From the sequence record PQ471515.1: a DNA stretch of 64,000 bases. One strand, written 5' to 3'. The stretch's first letter is position 1. Every line of letters begins with the position of its first letter. The notes beneath the pieces were generated by a model, which was not told the DNA's origin, ran no database searches, and worked only from the letters and a program-made list of their open reading frames with translations. Below are positions 44,979 to 55,371 of this stretch, piece after piece. The translations under genes were made by a program, and so were the position numbers.

Positions 44979-45594
44979 TTCGTACCGTAAAGCACGAACA
45001 GATATCGACATTGACTTTAAAGATAGTAAGTCAGTGATTGCACAGCTTCCTTGTGTGCGAAGTACAGAAAAAATTACGGAGGATGGTTTAATCCCCCATA
45101 ACAGTGGTGTTCATTTTGATAATATACCAATTGACCCTATCACTGGTTTAGCCAGCATACAATATAAAGAAGCCGAACGCTTGGGATATCAAAAGGTAGA
45201 TATCCTGTCACAATCGGCTTACCAGTATGTTCGTGATAGAGCACATTTAAAAGAACTAATGAATCAGGAACCTAATTGGGATCTTCTGTTAGAACCAGAA
45301 ATAGTTGAACATCTTTCACAGATTAAAAAACATGTTACATTATTAAATGTGTGGAAACCTAAATCCATTGATGAACTTGCAATGTTTATTGCAATGATTC
45401 GTCCTGGAAAAAGGCAGTGCCAAAGTATGAATACATGGAGTGAAGTTGAATCCACTATATGGGATTACAGTACTATTGGCACAGACCAAGCAGGAAATAA
45501 GTTACGATATTTCAAAAAGCCACATGCTTATGCATACAGCTTAATGATTGTAGTTCAACTTAACGCTTTAGTTGAACATCTTACTTCTTCTTAA
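44956..45594 (+). CDS. Minimal DnaE (Pol III alpha)-like polymerase core, 212 aa
   Basis: TDIDIDF, HNSGV, KVDILS, AMIRPG, YFKKPHAYAY match DnaE motifs in order. Confidence 0.75.
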   Translation: MQDSTNSNSYRKARTDIDIDFKDSKSVIAQLPCVRSTEKITEDGLIPHNSGVHFDNIPIDPITGLASIQYKEAERLGYQKVDILSQSAYQYVRDRAHLKELMNQEPNWDLLLEPEIVEHLSQIKKHVTLLNVWKPKSIDELAMFIAMIRPGKRQCQSMNTWSEVESTIWDYSTIGTDQAGNKLRYFKKPHAYAYSLMIVVQLNALVEHLTSS

Positions 45595-45934
45595 GAGCCA
45601 CATTACGACGCTTGATGCGTTTTTGTGGCAAATCACTTAAAGAAACTACTGGACCACAAACGAAATTCACCGCAGGGGTATCGAATCTCTGTGTGTAAGG
45701 TTCAAATTTCTCCATCTCTTCTTGGAAGAATAGACAGACTGGAATTGACCTGTTGCTTTGCCACCACCAATCATGTGCTATACCCAACAATTCATCTTGC
45801 ATTGGTTCATCCATATCATCAAAGCAGTAAAGAGTAGTATACTGTTTACTTTTTATCTTGATAATACCAATGAAAGTTTTACCATCACACTGAACTACCG
45901 TGATAAATGGTGGAATAGTATTATATTGATTCAT
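45581..45934 (-). CDS. Hypothetical protein
   Basis: 117 aa; late-like promoter at 45972-45979 on the minus strand. Confidence 0.55.
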   Translation of the reverse strand: MNQYNTIPPFITVVQCDGKTFIGIIKIKSKQYTTLYCFDDMDEPMQDELLGIAHDWWWQSNRSIPVCLFFQEEMEKFEPYTQRFDTPAVNFVCGPVVSLSDLPQKRIKRRNVALKKK

Positions 45935-45991
45935 ATGAGTTCCATAAATATTAGTATAAATTTATACCTATTATTTATGGAAGGAAAAACT

Positions 45992-46969
45992 ATGGCTCAT
46001 CACGGCGTGTTTATGTACCCTTATAACCAAGAAGTATCATTGGGCAATTTTAATATGCCATACAGCAATGAGAAACTTACAATATACAGAGGTGCAAATA
46101 ACAATTTATCATTCACAGTGCATAACGCTGATGGAAAATATACATTACTAAAAGATAACGAATATCTAACATTCATGATTTTTGATGCTAGAAACAATAC
46201 TAAATTATTCGATGTAGTTTTGGATAAACAAAAACCATCATGGCTATCAGAAAGTGGACAAGCAAGACAAACATTAGGTAATAGTAAAAAAGTATATTAT
46301 GGATGTATTGTTCCTGCTGGTGTAATTCAGGATACTAGTCCTGGTTCAAAATATAGATGGAGTATTACTAAAGTAACAATGGATGGTTCCTTGATTGAAC
46401 CTACACAGTACTTATACACTGGTCTTGATTATGAAGCCTCTGCTGAATTGATCATTTCCGACCAAGCTGCTCCTGTGTTTGTACCAAGTATTGAAGTATC
46501 TGTTAATAAAAACCCAGCATGGACTACCATCAAACGTTTATATCATGAACCAATCGCTCGTGGCGTTATTGGTGAATTTGATATAATGGCAACATCTCCC
46601 CTTCCTGCACAAATGCAGTACGGATTAGTTGATGGTCTTAGTACTATTGCAATGTACTTTGATAAATTTATTGGTAGAATTCAATTACAAGGATGTTTGT
46701 GTAATAACGTACCAACTGATAACGAAAACTATAAATGGTTTATTGTTAAATTGGATGGTAAAGAATATATTGAAAATGATATTGATGAAAATGGATTCCC
46801 TAAAGCGTTAGATGGGATTCAAGCATTTAATTTTAAAGGTAATTACATGTGGTTGCGATTGGTTGTTTGTATTCATCCTAAGATCGTTCCAGTTCCTTAT
46901 GACTATGCGGCAGTAAGAAAAGTCTATGACCCACTACTGTCAGTTCCTAAAATTTTGATTCGCAGGTGA
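45992..46969 (+). CDS. Probable virion structural protein
   Basis: Late promoter at 45943; beta-rich; IYRGANNNLSFTVHNAD motif. Confidence 0.5.
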   Translation: MAHHGVFMYPYNQEVSLGNFNMPYSNEKLTIYRGANNNLSFTVHNADGKYTLLKDNEYLTFMIFDARNNTKLFDVVLDKQKPSWLSESGQARQTLGNSKKVYYGCIVPAGVIQDTSPGSKYRWSITKVTMDGSLIEPTQYLYTGLDYEASAELIISDQAAPVFVPSIEVSVNKNPAWTTIKRLYHEPIARGVIGEFDIMATSPLPAQMQYGLVDGLSTIAMYFDKFIGRIQLQGCLCNNVPTDNENYKWFIVKLDGKEYIENDIDENGFPKALDGIQAFNFKGNYMWLRLVVCIHPKIVPVPYDYAAVRKVYDPLLSVPKILIRR

Positions 46970-46995
46970 GACAAAACAAGTGTTTGTGCTATAAT
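46968..46995 (+). promoter_or_regulatory. RRGACA-N16-TATAAT promoter of the primase-helicase operon
   Basis: GAGACA-16 nt-TATAAT, TG-extended. Confidence 0.7.
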
Positions 46996-47024
46996 CATTT
47001 GTGAGAAATAACAAGGATTAAATT

Positions 47025-48080
47025 ATGAACGCTGTACAAAACATCATGGCACAAATCATGAATGACCCAGTACCAGGAATTGGTATGTGGACACATCACA
47101 ATTGTCCTGCTTGTGTGTTCCGTGGTCATTCACGCCCCGATACTAAAAATCGCGGCAATCATATGTTTAACGCAGATGGTTCTGTTTCTTATAACTGTTT
47201 TAACTGTAGTCTAAAAACTGGGTGGCAACCTGGAAAATATATGAGCAAAGATATGGAGTCTTTGCTCATTTCTTTTGGTGCACAGGATAAGGAAATAGAA
47301 CTAGCTAAATTTTACATTAAAGAAATGGTTGATAGTGGAGACTTTGCAGAACAAGAAACTACTGCATCTAAACTATATCAACGTGTAACTGTTCGTGAAT
47401 TACCACCGAACTCAAAAACATTCTGGGAATGGGCATCGTTGCCAGAAGAGCAAATACCACAAGAATTTATTAGTGTTCTGAATCATGTGAATGAGCGAAA
47501 TCCATATCTATTAGATTTAGAATTGTATTGGAGTCCAGCTAAAGAACATAAAATGTATGACCGATTTATCATACCATATGTTATGAACGGTAAAATTATC
47601 GGGTATACTGCTAGACACAAACTTAAAGACCCAGGAAGTACCTATCGTTTTATTAATCAGGTCAGTACTAATATTCTATATAATTATGATCTGTTACAAG
47701 ATGAACGAATTAAAACTATATTAGTTTGTGAAGGTCCAATGGATGCAGCACTAATGGGTGGTGTTTCTGCAAATAACTTTAAATTGTCAGCAGTACAAAT
47801 AGATGTACTTAAAGCTGCACAAGAAAAAGGTAAAAAGATTGTTATAGTACCTGACCGTGATAAGGATGGATTACAAACAATAGAACAAGCACTAGAATAT
47901 GGATTTAGTGTTTCTTTCCCAGATTTTGGGGCAGTACGTGTTGGAAGTACTATACGTCACATTAAAGATTTTGACGAAGCATGTGCTAGATTTGGAAGAT
48001 TATTTTGTTTACAACTGATACATGATAGTATAGTTGACGAGCCTTTCTATATTAAAGCACAAACGGATAAGTGGATGTAA
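47025..48080 (+). CDS. DNA primase (gp61-like)
   Basis: Zn finger CPAC...CFNC; TOPRIM CEGPMDA and PDRDKDG. Confidence 0.85.
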   Translation: MNAVQNIMAQIMNDPVPGIGMWTHHNCPACVFRGHSRPDTKNRGNHMFNADGSVSYNCFNCSLKTGWQPGKYMSKDMESLLISFGAQDKEIELAKFYIKEMVDSGDFAEQETTASKLYQRVTVRELPPNSKTFWEWASLPEEQIPQEFISVLNHVNERNPYLLDLELYWSPAKEHKMYDRFIIPYVMNGKIIGYTARHKLKDPGSTYRFINQVSTNILYNYDLLQDERIKTILVCEGPMDAALMGGVSANNFKLSAVQIDVLKAAQEKGKKIVIVPDRDKDGLQTIEQALEYGFSVSFPDFGAVRVGSTIRHIKDFDEACARFGRLFCLQLIHDSIVDEPFYIKAQTDKWM

Positions 48081-48106
48081 CACAGGATATAAATGAGGGA
48101 ACATAA

Positions 48107-49627
48107 ATGATTCAAAGCACAGTGGACGTCAAACAGTATGGGATTAATGCACAACAATACTTACTATCCCAAGTTTTCAGTAATCCAGATTTATTTGTAC
48201 GTTGTAAAAATATTCTAAAGCCAGAATATTTCGATAAAACATTTCATGAAAGTATTCAGTACGTTCATGATTATGCAGCAAAATATAGTTCATCCCCTAC
48301 ACTGAAAGATATCGAAGTGAAAGGTGGTTATCAGTATGATCAGTATGAAGTACAAGAACTTCATAAACAGGCAGTACTGGATACTTGTAGTGAGTTTTGC
48401 CGTCACAAAGCTCTAGCTCTAGCAGTAGAGAAAGGTATGGAATTAGTACATCAGAAAAAATATGGCGGCATCGAAGAACTCATTCGTGAAGCTATGTTAG
48501 TATCTGTACAGAATGAGTTGGGTCTTGATATCTTTGAAAATCCAGAAGATACCATTCGTTCATTGAGCACTATGCAAGGTTCATTCAAGAGTGGATGGGA
48601 AACCCTTGACTATAAACTATTCGGTGGTTTTGGTCGCCGTGAACTTGAAATCTTTGCAGCAGCGTCTGGTGGTGGTAAATCAGTAGTACTACAGAACTTA
48701 GCAGTTAACTTTGCTAAGGCTGGTATGAATGGTGCATACATTTCACTAGAACTAGCAGAAGAGTTGGTAGCCGTTCGTATCTATGGTATGATGACTGAAT
48801 CTAAGCTAAGTAACGTTAAGAACGAAGCTGAAAAGATTGGTCTACGAGTTCAAATGGAAGGCAAGGATAGTGGTATATTGCGTATTAAACGTTTGCCAGA
48901 ATCCGTAACAACCACTGATGATATTGAAAGTTATCTTCGTGAATTGCAAATTAAAATGGAAGTCAAATTAGATTATGTTTGTGTGGACTACCTTGACCTA
49001 TTAACATCAAATCGTCTTGGTCCTAATGATAAATCTAATACATTTACAAAAGATAAATTTGTATCTGAAGAATTGCGTGCACTAGCAACCAAAATGGATT
49101 TGACAGTCTTCACTGCGTCACAGTTTAACCGTAGTGGTATGGATGAAGATAAGAAAAGTCAAAGTCAGATTGCTGGTGGTATTTCTAAAATCTATACTGC
49201 GGATAACGTTATCTACATTGAAGCACGTAAAGAAACTGGCGAACTTTGGTTTGACTTCCAGAAAACACGTAACAGTAGTGCAGTTGGTTCACGTTTGCGT
49301 ATGTCATATGATATCGATTCACTTCGTGTACTAGACCACGCAACCACAATCCAACAATTCGAAACTGATGGGTCAGGATTCCGTCACAGTGGCATCTCTA
49401 AGGTCGGCGGTGGTAACATGGCAATGCCACCAAGTACAATGCAAACACTGCGACATACGCTTTCTGGTGCTCCTAAACCAAGCACTACACCGAGTGTTGA
49501 AAGCGTAACACTAAATACAGATAGTGATCCAATCACTTCTACACAAACTGAATCCCAGCCTCAACAGCCTCACATTGGTACTGATCGTGTAAATGCAATG
49601 AAGCAATGGTTAAATCAAAGGAAATAA
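48107..49627 (+). CDS. Replicative helicase (gp41/DnaB-like)
   Basis: AASGGGKS, SLELAE, VDYLDL, TASQFNR motifs. Confidence 0.93.
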   Translation: MIQSTVDVKQYGINAQQYLLSQVFSNPDLFVRCKNILKPEYFDKTFHESIQYVHDYAAKYSSSPTLKDIEVKGGYQYDQYEVQELHKQAVLDTCSEFCRHKALALAVEKGMELVHQKKYGGIEELIREAMLVSVQNELGLDIFENPEDTIRSLSTMQGSFKSGWETLDYKLFGGFGRRELEIFAAASGGGKSVVLQNLAVNFAKAGMNGAYISLELAEELVAVRIYGMMTESKLSNVKNEAEKIGLRVQMEGKDSGILRIKRLPESVTTTDDIESYLRELQIKMEVKLDYVCVDYLDLLTSNRLGPNDKSNTFTKDKFVSEELRALATKMDLTVFTASQFNRSGMDEDKKSQSQIAGGISKIYTADNVIYIEARKETGELWFDFQKTRNSSAVGSRLRMSYDIDSLRVLDHATTIQQFETDGSGFRHSGISKVGGGNMAMPPSTMQTLRHTLSGAPKPSTTPSVESVTLNTDSDPITSTQTESQPQQPHIGTDRVNAMKQWLNQRK

Positions 49628-49630
49628 TGA

Positions 49631-49903
49631 ATGTCTAGTAAATCCAATAAAAAGAATCTACTTGATAGTATAGTTGACTATACACCAGAGAAAGATACAT
49701 TACAGAGTTTTGGTAATCGTGCAGATCATGCAATCAACTCTGTTATTCATTTATTGGAGAGTATCGAAGATGAATTTAACCAAACTGATGCTGAAGATTT
49801 GAAGAAACGTTTATTTCTTAGTATTAAGAACCGAGATTATAAAAAGTTTCAGAAGGGCTTGGAGAACATAGCACTTGATGAAAAACGTAATAAAGGGAAT
49901 TGA
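49631..49903 (+). CDS. Hypothetical protein
   Basis: 90-aa ORF. Confidence 0.6.
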   Translation: MSSKSNKKNLLDSIVDYTPEKDTLQSFGNRADHAINSVIHLLESIEDEFNQTDAEDLKKRLFLSIKNRDYKKFQKGLENIALDEKRNKGN

Positions 49904-49904
49904 T

Positions 49905-50072
49905 ATGAAGAAGAAAACTAAACTAAAAGAAAATGCTTCTGCTGGTGCAACATCAGCAGGTGCAGTAGCATCAGTCAGTACTGGATTAAATTACCCATTA
50001 CTTCGAAGAATGCCTCCTACAAATTTCTTTGGATATAAAGTTGTTGAGACTAAAAATAAGGATAATGAATGA
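49905..50072 (+). CDS. Small putative head protein
   Basis: LKE-NASAGATSAGAVA resembles the capsid protein processing site LNE-SATSGATTAG. Confidence 0.5.
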   Translation: MKKKTKLKENASAGATSAGAVASVSTGLNYPLLRRMPPTNFFGYKVVETKNKDNE

Positions 50073-50461
50073 AACCATATACTTTCTACACAATTAATAC
50101 TGTTGTAGATATAGGTGATGGTACAACTCCAACAATCATCGATTCTAAGTTCACAGGTGCTATGAATTTGTCGAGATTGTTGGAGGCTATTATGGTACAT
50201 GATTATCCCATGATGGTAAGTGTAGTAAAAACTGAAATAGATCTATATAAAGATAACAATGCATCTTTCTATAATCTTCCAGTTTCATGGGGTAAATGTA
50301 CTCTTAGTACTTTCAAATTCGCAATACCAATGGATGTTGATTTGCGTTTGAATGGAATACCATTAGTTTTACCGACAGAATTAAATGGTAAAAGAATTAC
50401 AAAATTTATCACAACAGGTAATGATACAAATATTAGCATCAGCAAACAGACCTTTTCTTAA
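50069..50461 (+). CDS. Hypothetical protein
   Basis: 130-aa ORF. Confidence 0.55.
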   Translation: MKPYTFYTINTVVDIGDGTTPTIIDSKFTGAMNLSRLLEAIMVHDYPMMVSVVKTEIDLYKDNNASFYNLPVSWGKCTLSTFKFAIPMDVDLRLNGIPLVLPTELNGKRITKFITTGNDTNISISKQTFS

Positions 50462-50518
50462 TTGTGATAAATATCATAAAGCAAGACAGAGGTCTTTTTT
50501 ATTTTATATGGAGTAATT

Positions 50519-51481
50519 ATGGATATAAACCAAACAGCAGCGGAGCTACAGAAGTTTGCTGACGCACATAATTTGAATGTTGATGTTTCTGTTGTACTGG
50601 ATAATATGGATGCAGGTGATTTCATCACTTTAAATACAGCAATGGATAATTCAGATAATCGTGAAATTTTTCAAATTCTACAAAAGTACAAAGCACAAAT
50701 GAGTGAAAGTTTCTCATACTTCAGTACTGACAATGTAACTAAACATATTGTTGAAAGTTCTGATTGGCATAAGACAGTTGATTCTATGACAATGAAAGAC
50801 TTAGTTGAAGCATACAAAAGTAACTTCACATACTCTGATGTTTCTAAGTTGAGTATTCAAGAATTAAAAACTATTGTGTTTGAAGATTTATCCTCTAACT
50901 TGGAAAATCCTGAAAACCAATTGAAATCTACACAGATTGCTAAGATGAATGTGTCCCAGCAACAACAGCAAGTTAATCCACAAACCCAAGCAAAACTTAA
51001 ACAAGCAGAACTACAACGTAATGCTAATAACATTAAAGTTAGTGTTCCTGGTAGTCAAAGCGGTACTGATTCAATTGAACCAGTTGTTGGTATTGATGCT
51101 GGACAAAATCCACAACAATCATTAGTAGTAACCAAAAGTGGCACTAAGCCAAACGAATTGAATGTTTTCCCTTTGGATGATGTAACTCCAGTTGACAATC
51201 AAAATCAAAGTACTACAATTCGTGAAGAGAAATCACCACAAGAAATTAATAGTGAAGTGATGGGTGAGCCTGGTATGGAACCAGACGGTAATCCAAATTC
51301 ACCATCTCCACTAACACAACACGCACCAGGCATGGGTGAAATGATTCATGCAATCGCTGATATCGAAAAAGAAGATGATATCTATGGTGATGAAAGTGTA
51401 ATGGCAAACTCTGCACAACAAGAGAATGATGAGATGGTAGATCAAATCATTGATTTCTGTCACCGTATGCGAGGCCGATAA
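50519..51481 (+). CDS. Putative head-internal protein
   Basis: Late promoter at 50466; MSES/IVES motifs; Q-rich. Confidence 0.5.
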   Translation: MDINQTAAELQKFADAHNLNVDVSVVLDNMDAGDFITLNTAMDNSDNREIFQILQKYKAQMSESFSYFSTDNVTKHIVESSDWHKTVDSMTMKDLVEAYKSNFTYSDVSKLSIQELKTIVFEDLSSNLENPENQLKSTQIAKMNVSQQQQQVNPQTQAKLKQAELQRNANNIKVSVPGSQSGTDSIEPVVGIDAGQNPQQSLVVTKSGTKPNELNVFPLDDVTPVDNQNQSTTIREEKSPQEINSEVMGEPGMEPDGNPNSPSPLTQHAPGMGEMIHAIADIEKEDDIYGDESVMANSAQQENDEMVDQIIDFCHRMRGR

Positions 51482-51699
51482 TGAGAACTGTACCTAATGT
51501 TCATGGTCACAACACTATGGTTTCCAACGAAGAATACAGACTATTACAGAAAATAAAGGCACGAGGTTCCGTGCCAGTTGAAAAAGTAAACGAATACTAT
51601 CAGGAACTAGCGGATAAAATGGTATCTCGTGGAGTCCTAAATATTGTTGAGAAAGATGACGGTACTGAAGAGTATTCAACTGTTAGGAGTAATAAATGA
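51481..51699 (+). CDS. Hypothetical protein
   Basis: Coupled ORF, 72 aa. Confidence 0.6.
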   Translation: MRTVPNVHGHNTMVSNEEYRLLQKIKARGSVPVEKVNEYYQELADKMVSRGVLNIVEKDDGTEEYSTVRSNK

Positions 51700-52373
51700 A
51701 TTACGAGTACGATCAACAATCAGTTAATCAGATGGCTGATTTGTTAAGCGGTTTGAATGACATTGAAGCTGGTGCAACCCATAATGCGTCTGGTGTTCCT
51801 TACAAGTCAGGTGGTGATATCGGTGCAATGACCGACATTTTGACATCATTAAATGAAGCTGGTATGAATTATGGTGTTGATCCAGAACAGACACATCCAC
51901 ATGTTGTTCCATTCCACGCCCCATACAATGAACACATGCTTGGTCACCAACCAGCACAACCTGTTGTACAACGTGCACCTGCTAAACCTAAAACTAACTG
52001 GAGTTTAGTAGAAGAAAAAATTCAAGGTACTAAATCAACAAAAGTATACAGTGTTAAATGTAATCATAGTTCTCAAGTTATCATGAATAATATTATGATG
52101 TATGAAGCTGCACTAACACTAGTAAACCTTCTAAACGAAGGAAGAATGTTGACAGATGCAAAAGTTCTTGGTATCATCAGTTCCGGTTTACAATACACCA
52201 ATGTAATTACCGAAGCATTGAAGGCTGCACAGAAACGTCAACGTGTTCTGAATGAGTCGAAGTACGATGAAGCAAAAGATTTAGATATCATCATCGCTGA
52301 AAAGAAAGCTGAAGCATACAAACTCAAAGAGCGTGTACTGAACTTTCTAAAGAGTGAAGGTTATATAAAGTAA
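51696..52373 (+). CDS. Hypothetical (putative head) protein
   Basis: Coupled ORF, 225 aa. Confidence 0.55.
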   Translation: MNYEYDQQSVNQMADLLSGLNDIEAGATHNASGVPYKSGGDIGAMTDILTSLNEAGMNYGVDPEQTHPHVVPFHAPYNEHMLGHQPAQPVVQRAPAKPKTNWSLVEEKIQGTKSTKVYSVKCNHSSQVIMNNIMMYEAALTLVNLLNEGRMLTDAKVLGIISSGLQYTNVITEALKAAQKRQRVLNESKYDEAKDLDIIIAEKKAEAYKLKERVLNFLKSEGYIK

Positions 52374-52406
52374 ATAAATTTAGTGATATTTTATAAGGAA
52401 ATTCAA

Positions 52407-53039
52407 ATGTCTAACTACAAAAAACTAATGGAATCTGCTTCACGTGTTGAAGCAATGAAGTTCATCAAATTGAACGAATCTAACATCGAGAAAGCTGAAA
52501 TCGTTCTCTCTGTTAAAGGTGAAATCGTTGACAAACTACAACGTCAGTCTGAAGTAATCAATAACATGGGCGTTGACGTTCTAGGTCCACTACTTGACCG
52601 TATCAAAGCGGAACAAGGTCTTGATGCTGCACAGAACTTTAGTGATAGCGTTCGCCACCTACTTCAACATGCAGTTACTACTCTAATGGATGTTAAAGAC
52701 AAAATCAGTACTGAAACTTTAAAACTAACTGGTGATATCACTGATGGTCCAGCAGTTTCTGATATTGGTAGTGAAGATGTTGATATCGACATTGCTGCTG
52801 ACACCCCAACGTTCGACATGGGTGCTGATGCTGATTTCGAAGAAGATATTATTTCTGAGCCAGTACCAACTGAGCGTGAAATGAAAGAATCTGTAAAACC
52901 AACTCAAATTGGTATTAAGATGGAAAGTGTTCGCGGGACTGTAGGTACTAAATTCTTCAAAAACAAAGAAGAAATGAAAACTTGGCTATCTGAGAACGAG
53001 AAGAAAGTTAAACGTGTACTAGGATACGTTAAAAAATAA
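52407..53039 (+). CDS. Putative head-internal protein
   Basis: LMES, LNES, MKES motifs; high-expression codons. Confidence 0.55.
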   Translation: MSNYKKLMESASRVEAMKFIKLNESNIEKAEIVLSVKGEIVDKLQRQSEVINNMGVDVLGPLLDRIKAEQGLDAAQNFSDSVRHLLQHAVTTLMDVKDKISTETLKLTGDITDGPAVSDIGSEDVDIDIAADTPTFDMGADADFEEDIISEPVPTEREMKESVKPTQIGIKMESVRGTVGTKFFKNKEEMKTWLSENEKKVKRVLGYVKK

Positions 53040-53055
53040 TTAAGGATGAATCTAA

Positions 53056-53385
53056 ATGAGATTTCAAGATCTTACAGAAGAGGCTCCTGGTAAAGACATA
53101 CGCAATATGATTACTACTATTGCGTTGTCTTTAGTATCATCGGGTCGCGAAGAAGTGAACCTACAATCTTTAATCGCTGAAATCAAAAAGCGAACCAACA
53201 TTGATGTTCCTTATAATGTTATGATGGATATTCTAAACTCTTTGCCATTTGTGCAAGATGCGAATTCGGATGTTGTAACATTTACTGGTAATGATTCAGA
53301 AAGTACTGGTGAAGTTGAACAGAACTCTGAAGACCAAGTTGAAGATTGGGCAACAAAAGCTGCTGTTGCAGCAAATAAGCAATAA
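53056..53385 (+). CDS. Hypothetical protein
   Basis: MRFQDLTEE N-terminus, similar to protease-processed head proteins. Confidence 0.55.
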   Translation: MRFQDLTEEAPGKDIRNMITTIALSLVSSGREEVNLQSLIAEIKKRTNIDVPYNVMMDILNSLPFVQDANSDVVTFTGNDSESTGEVEQNSEDQVEDWATKAAVAANKQ

Positions 53386-53390
53386 AAACT

Positions 53391-53418
53391 GAGACAAACA
53401 AAAATACGATGCTATAAT
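53391..53418 (+). promoter_or_regulatory. RRGACA-N16-TATAAT promoter
   Basis: GAGACA-16 nt-TATAAT, TG-extended. Confidence 0.7.
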
Positions 53419-53431
53419 TAGGAGTACACGG

Positions 53432-54151
53432 ATGTACACACCACCAATTGTTAGCAGATATACATACGTTGATTACAAAAGAATTGAAGGCGGCCCCGAA
53501 GGTCGCCTTTATTCAACTCCAACAGGGAATCTGCCGTCAGTAACAACAATTCTTAGTGCCACCTCTGACAATGAGGGGTTGAAAAAATGGAGAGAATTTG
53601 TTGGTGAAGAGAAAGCTAATGAGATTACATTAGAAGCATGTACTGTTGGTACTTTTATGCACGAGAACTTAGAATATCGTCTGGATGGAAAGCCAGACCA
53701 CCAAGGTGGTATGCCGATACGAGTTCTGGCCCGTAGAATGGCTGACAAAATTCAAGAAGAAGCATGGCCTAGAATCAATGAAGTGTGGGGTCAGGAAGTT
53801 CCATTATTCTATGAAGGATTATGGGCTGGAACAACTGACTTAGTTGGAGTTCATGATGGTATTCCTTCTATCATGGACTATAAGAATTCCCGTAAATTAA
53901 AGACATGGGAACATATCGAAAATTACCGTATGCAAATCGCTGCATATGCACTATCGCATAATCAAATGTTTGGAACAAATATTGAGCGTGGTGTAATTTT
54001 CATCTGTGTAAGAAAAGATCCTAACAATTTACAATATCAAGAATTCGTTATTGAAGGACAAGACTTCAAAGATGCGGTTGATATGTGGATTGGTAGAGTT
54101 GAACAATACTATATTTTACGTGGAGAAATTGAATCAAATGGAACAGCATAA
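53432..54151 (+). CDS. PD-(D/E)XK exonuclease
   Basis: PSVTTIL, GTFMH, AGTTDL, IMDYK, QIAAY motifs. Confidence 0.85.
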   Translation: MYTPPIVSRYTYVDYKRIEGGPEGRLYSTPTGNLPSVTTILSATSDNEGLKKWREFVGEEKANEITLEACTVGTFMHENLEYRLDGKPDHQGGMPIRVLARRMADKIQEEAWPRINEVWGQEVPLFYEGLWAGTTDLVGVHDGIPSIMDYKNSRKLKTWEHIENYRMQIAAYALSHNQMFGTNIERGVIFICVRKDPNNLQYQEFVIEGQDFKDAVDMWIGRVEQYYILRGEIESNGTA

Positions 54152-54695
54152 ACAAATGAAACAAGACCTATATACAATTCGTGCACTAGAAAGTAAAGGC
54201 TACTCCTTAGATGAAGTAATCAAACTAAGTGATGAAGAAATTGACAAACTACAACTTTCAAATAAACTTCTAGTTAATATTAAAGATTATAAATCTCGCG
54301 GTGCAAAACCAGTAGAAGTAATCAAAGAGAAAATTGCTGAAGATATTAGTGTTGACGAAGTATCTCGTAATGTTGCACCAGAAGTAATCGAATCATATGT
54401 AGTAGATACTGAAGAACAAATTAAAGTATCTGAAGAAGTACAAGTAATCGCTGAAGAACTAGCACCTGTTGTTGAAGAAGAAGACGTTGTTGTTATTGAA
54501 CGTGTTGAAGCTTCAAAAGAAGATTTGGATATTATCAAAGAAGCACTAAAAACCAAAGAACTAAAAAGTGTTGCAAACTATGTAAAACACTTGAAATCCC
54601 TAGTTCCTGAATCAATTCTTTCTTCCGTTGATAGCTCTGTTGTATCTCAACTAATCAATGAGCGTATTGCTGAAGTTAAAGAAAACGCTAAATAA
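54138..54695 (+). CDS. Acidic hypothetical protein
   Basis: 185 aa, E/V-rich. Confidence 0.6.
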   Translation: MEQHKQMKQDLYTIRALESKGYSLDEVIKLSDEEIDKLQLSNKLLVNIKDYKSRGAKPVEVIKEKIAEDISVDEVSRNVAPEVIESYVVDTEEQIKVSEEVQVIAEELAPVVEEEDVVVIERVEASKEDLDIIKEALKTKELKSVANYVKHLKSLVPESILSSVDSSVVSQLINERIAEVKENAK

Positions 54696-54723
54696 TCCTA
54701 TAATACTATAGGAGATAGTTTTT

Positions 54724-55305
54724 ATGGCACAACAACAAATTGCGTTACAGCAAGTAAGAACTGGTAAGCAACGTGACTTACCAGACGCGTTGGAAAAAGG
54801 CCAGATAGGATTCAGTACTGATGTGGGTCGTGTATTCATCGGCCTACCTTCCTCATCAGACCCAGCAAGCTTAGTTGCTGGGCGTACATGGGAAACTGAT
54901 CCAAACTCTGGTAAAGAGAACGTGGAAATAATTACCGAATTCTCACCGTGGAGAACGGTATCCAAAATCATCAACCGTCCATTTGAAGTAGACATTCCAC
55001 AAAACCAAGAGAGTGTTGAAGTTATTATTGAAAGTGAAAGTCGTGTATTCATCGACTACATCGCGTATAATAGCAATGAGACTATTTTAGAATCAGGCAC
55101 AGTGCAAATTGTTGCTGCTGGTTCTTCAACTATGATTGCACAGTCAAATAACACAAACCGTACTGATGCAATTTTATCTATTCTGTTTAGTAATCCAGTT
55201 TATGATTCAAGTACTGGAAATATGCAATTTGACATAGTTAATGCGGATTATTTAAATTCAGGATACCACATAGAATTTGTATATCGTGGGTGGGACAAAC
55301 CTTAA
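54724..55305 (+). CDS. Probable virion structural protein
   Basis: N-terminal QVRTG....LP..LEKGQIGFSTD.GRVFIG motif of fibre/neck-type proteins; late-like CTAAATA upstream. Confidence 0.55.
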   Translation: MAQQQIALQQVRTGKQRDLPDALEKGQIGFSTDVGRVFIGLPSSSDPASLVAGRTWETDPNSGKENVEIITEFSPWRTVSKIINRPFEVDIPQNQESVEVIIESESRVFIDYIAYNSNETILESGTVQIVAAGSSTMIAQSNNTNRTDAILSILFSNPVYDSSTGNMQFDIVNADYLNSGYHIEFVYRGWDKP

Positions 55306-55326
55306 AAGGCGTCCCGCCTTTTTCTT
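55306..55326 (+). terminator. Intrinsic terminator
   Basis: AAAAGGCG-TCC-CGCCTTTT followed by T tract. Confidence 0.65.
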
Positions 55327-55371
55327 CCACAAAATTTAAGAACTGTATAAACAATATAACAAGGATGACAC

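Noticed and set aside
53432-54151. Cas4/CRISPR interpretation of the PD-(D/E)XK nuclease
   Set aside because: No Fe-S cysteines and no repeat-spacer array in the window; it is a common T4-like exonuclease.
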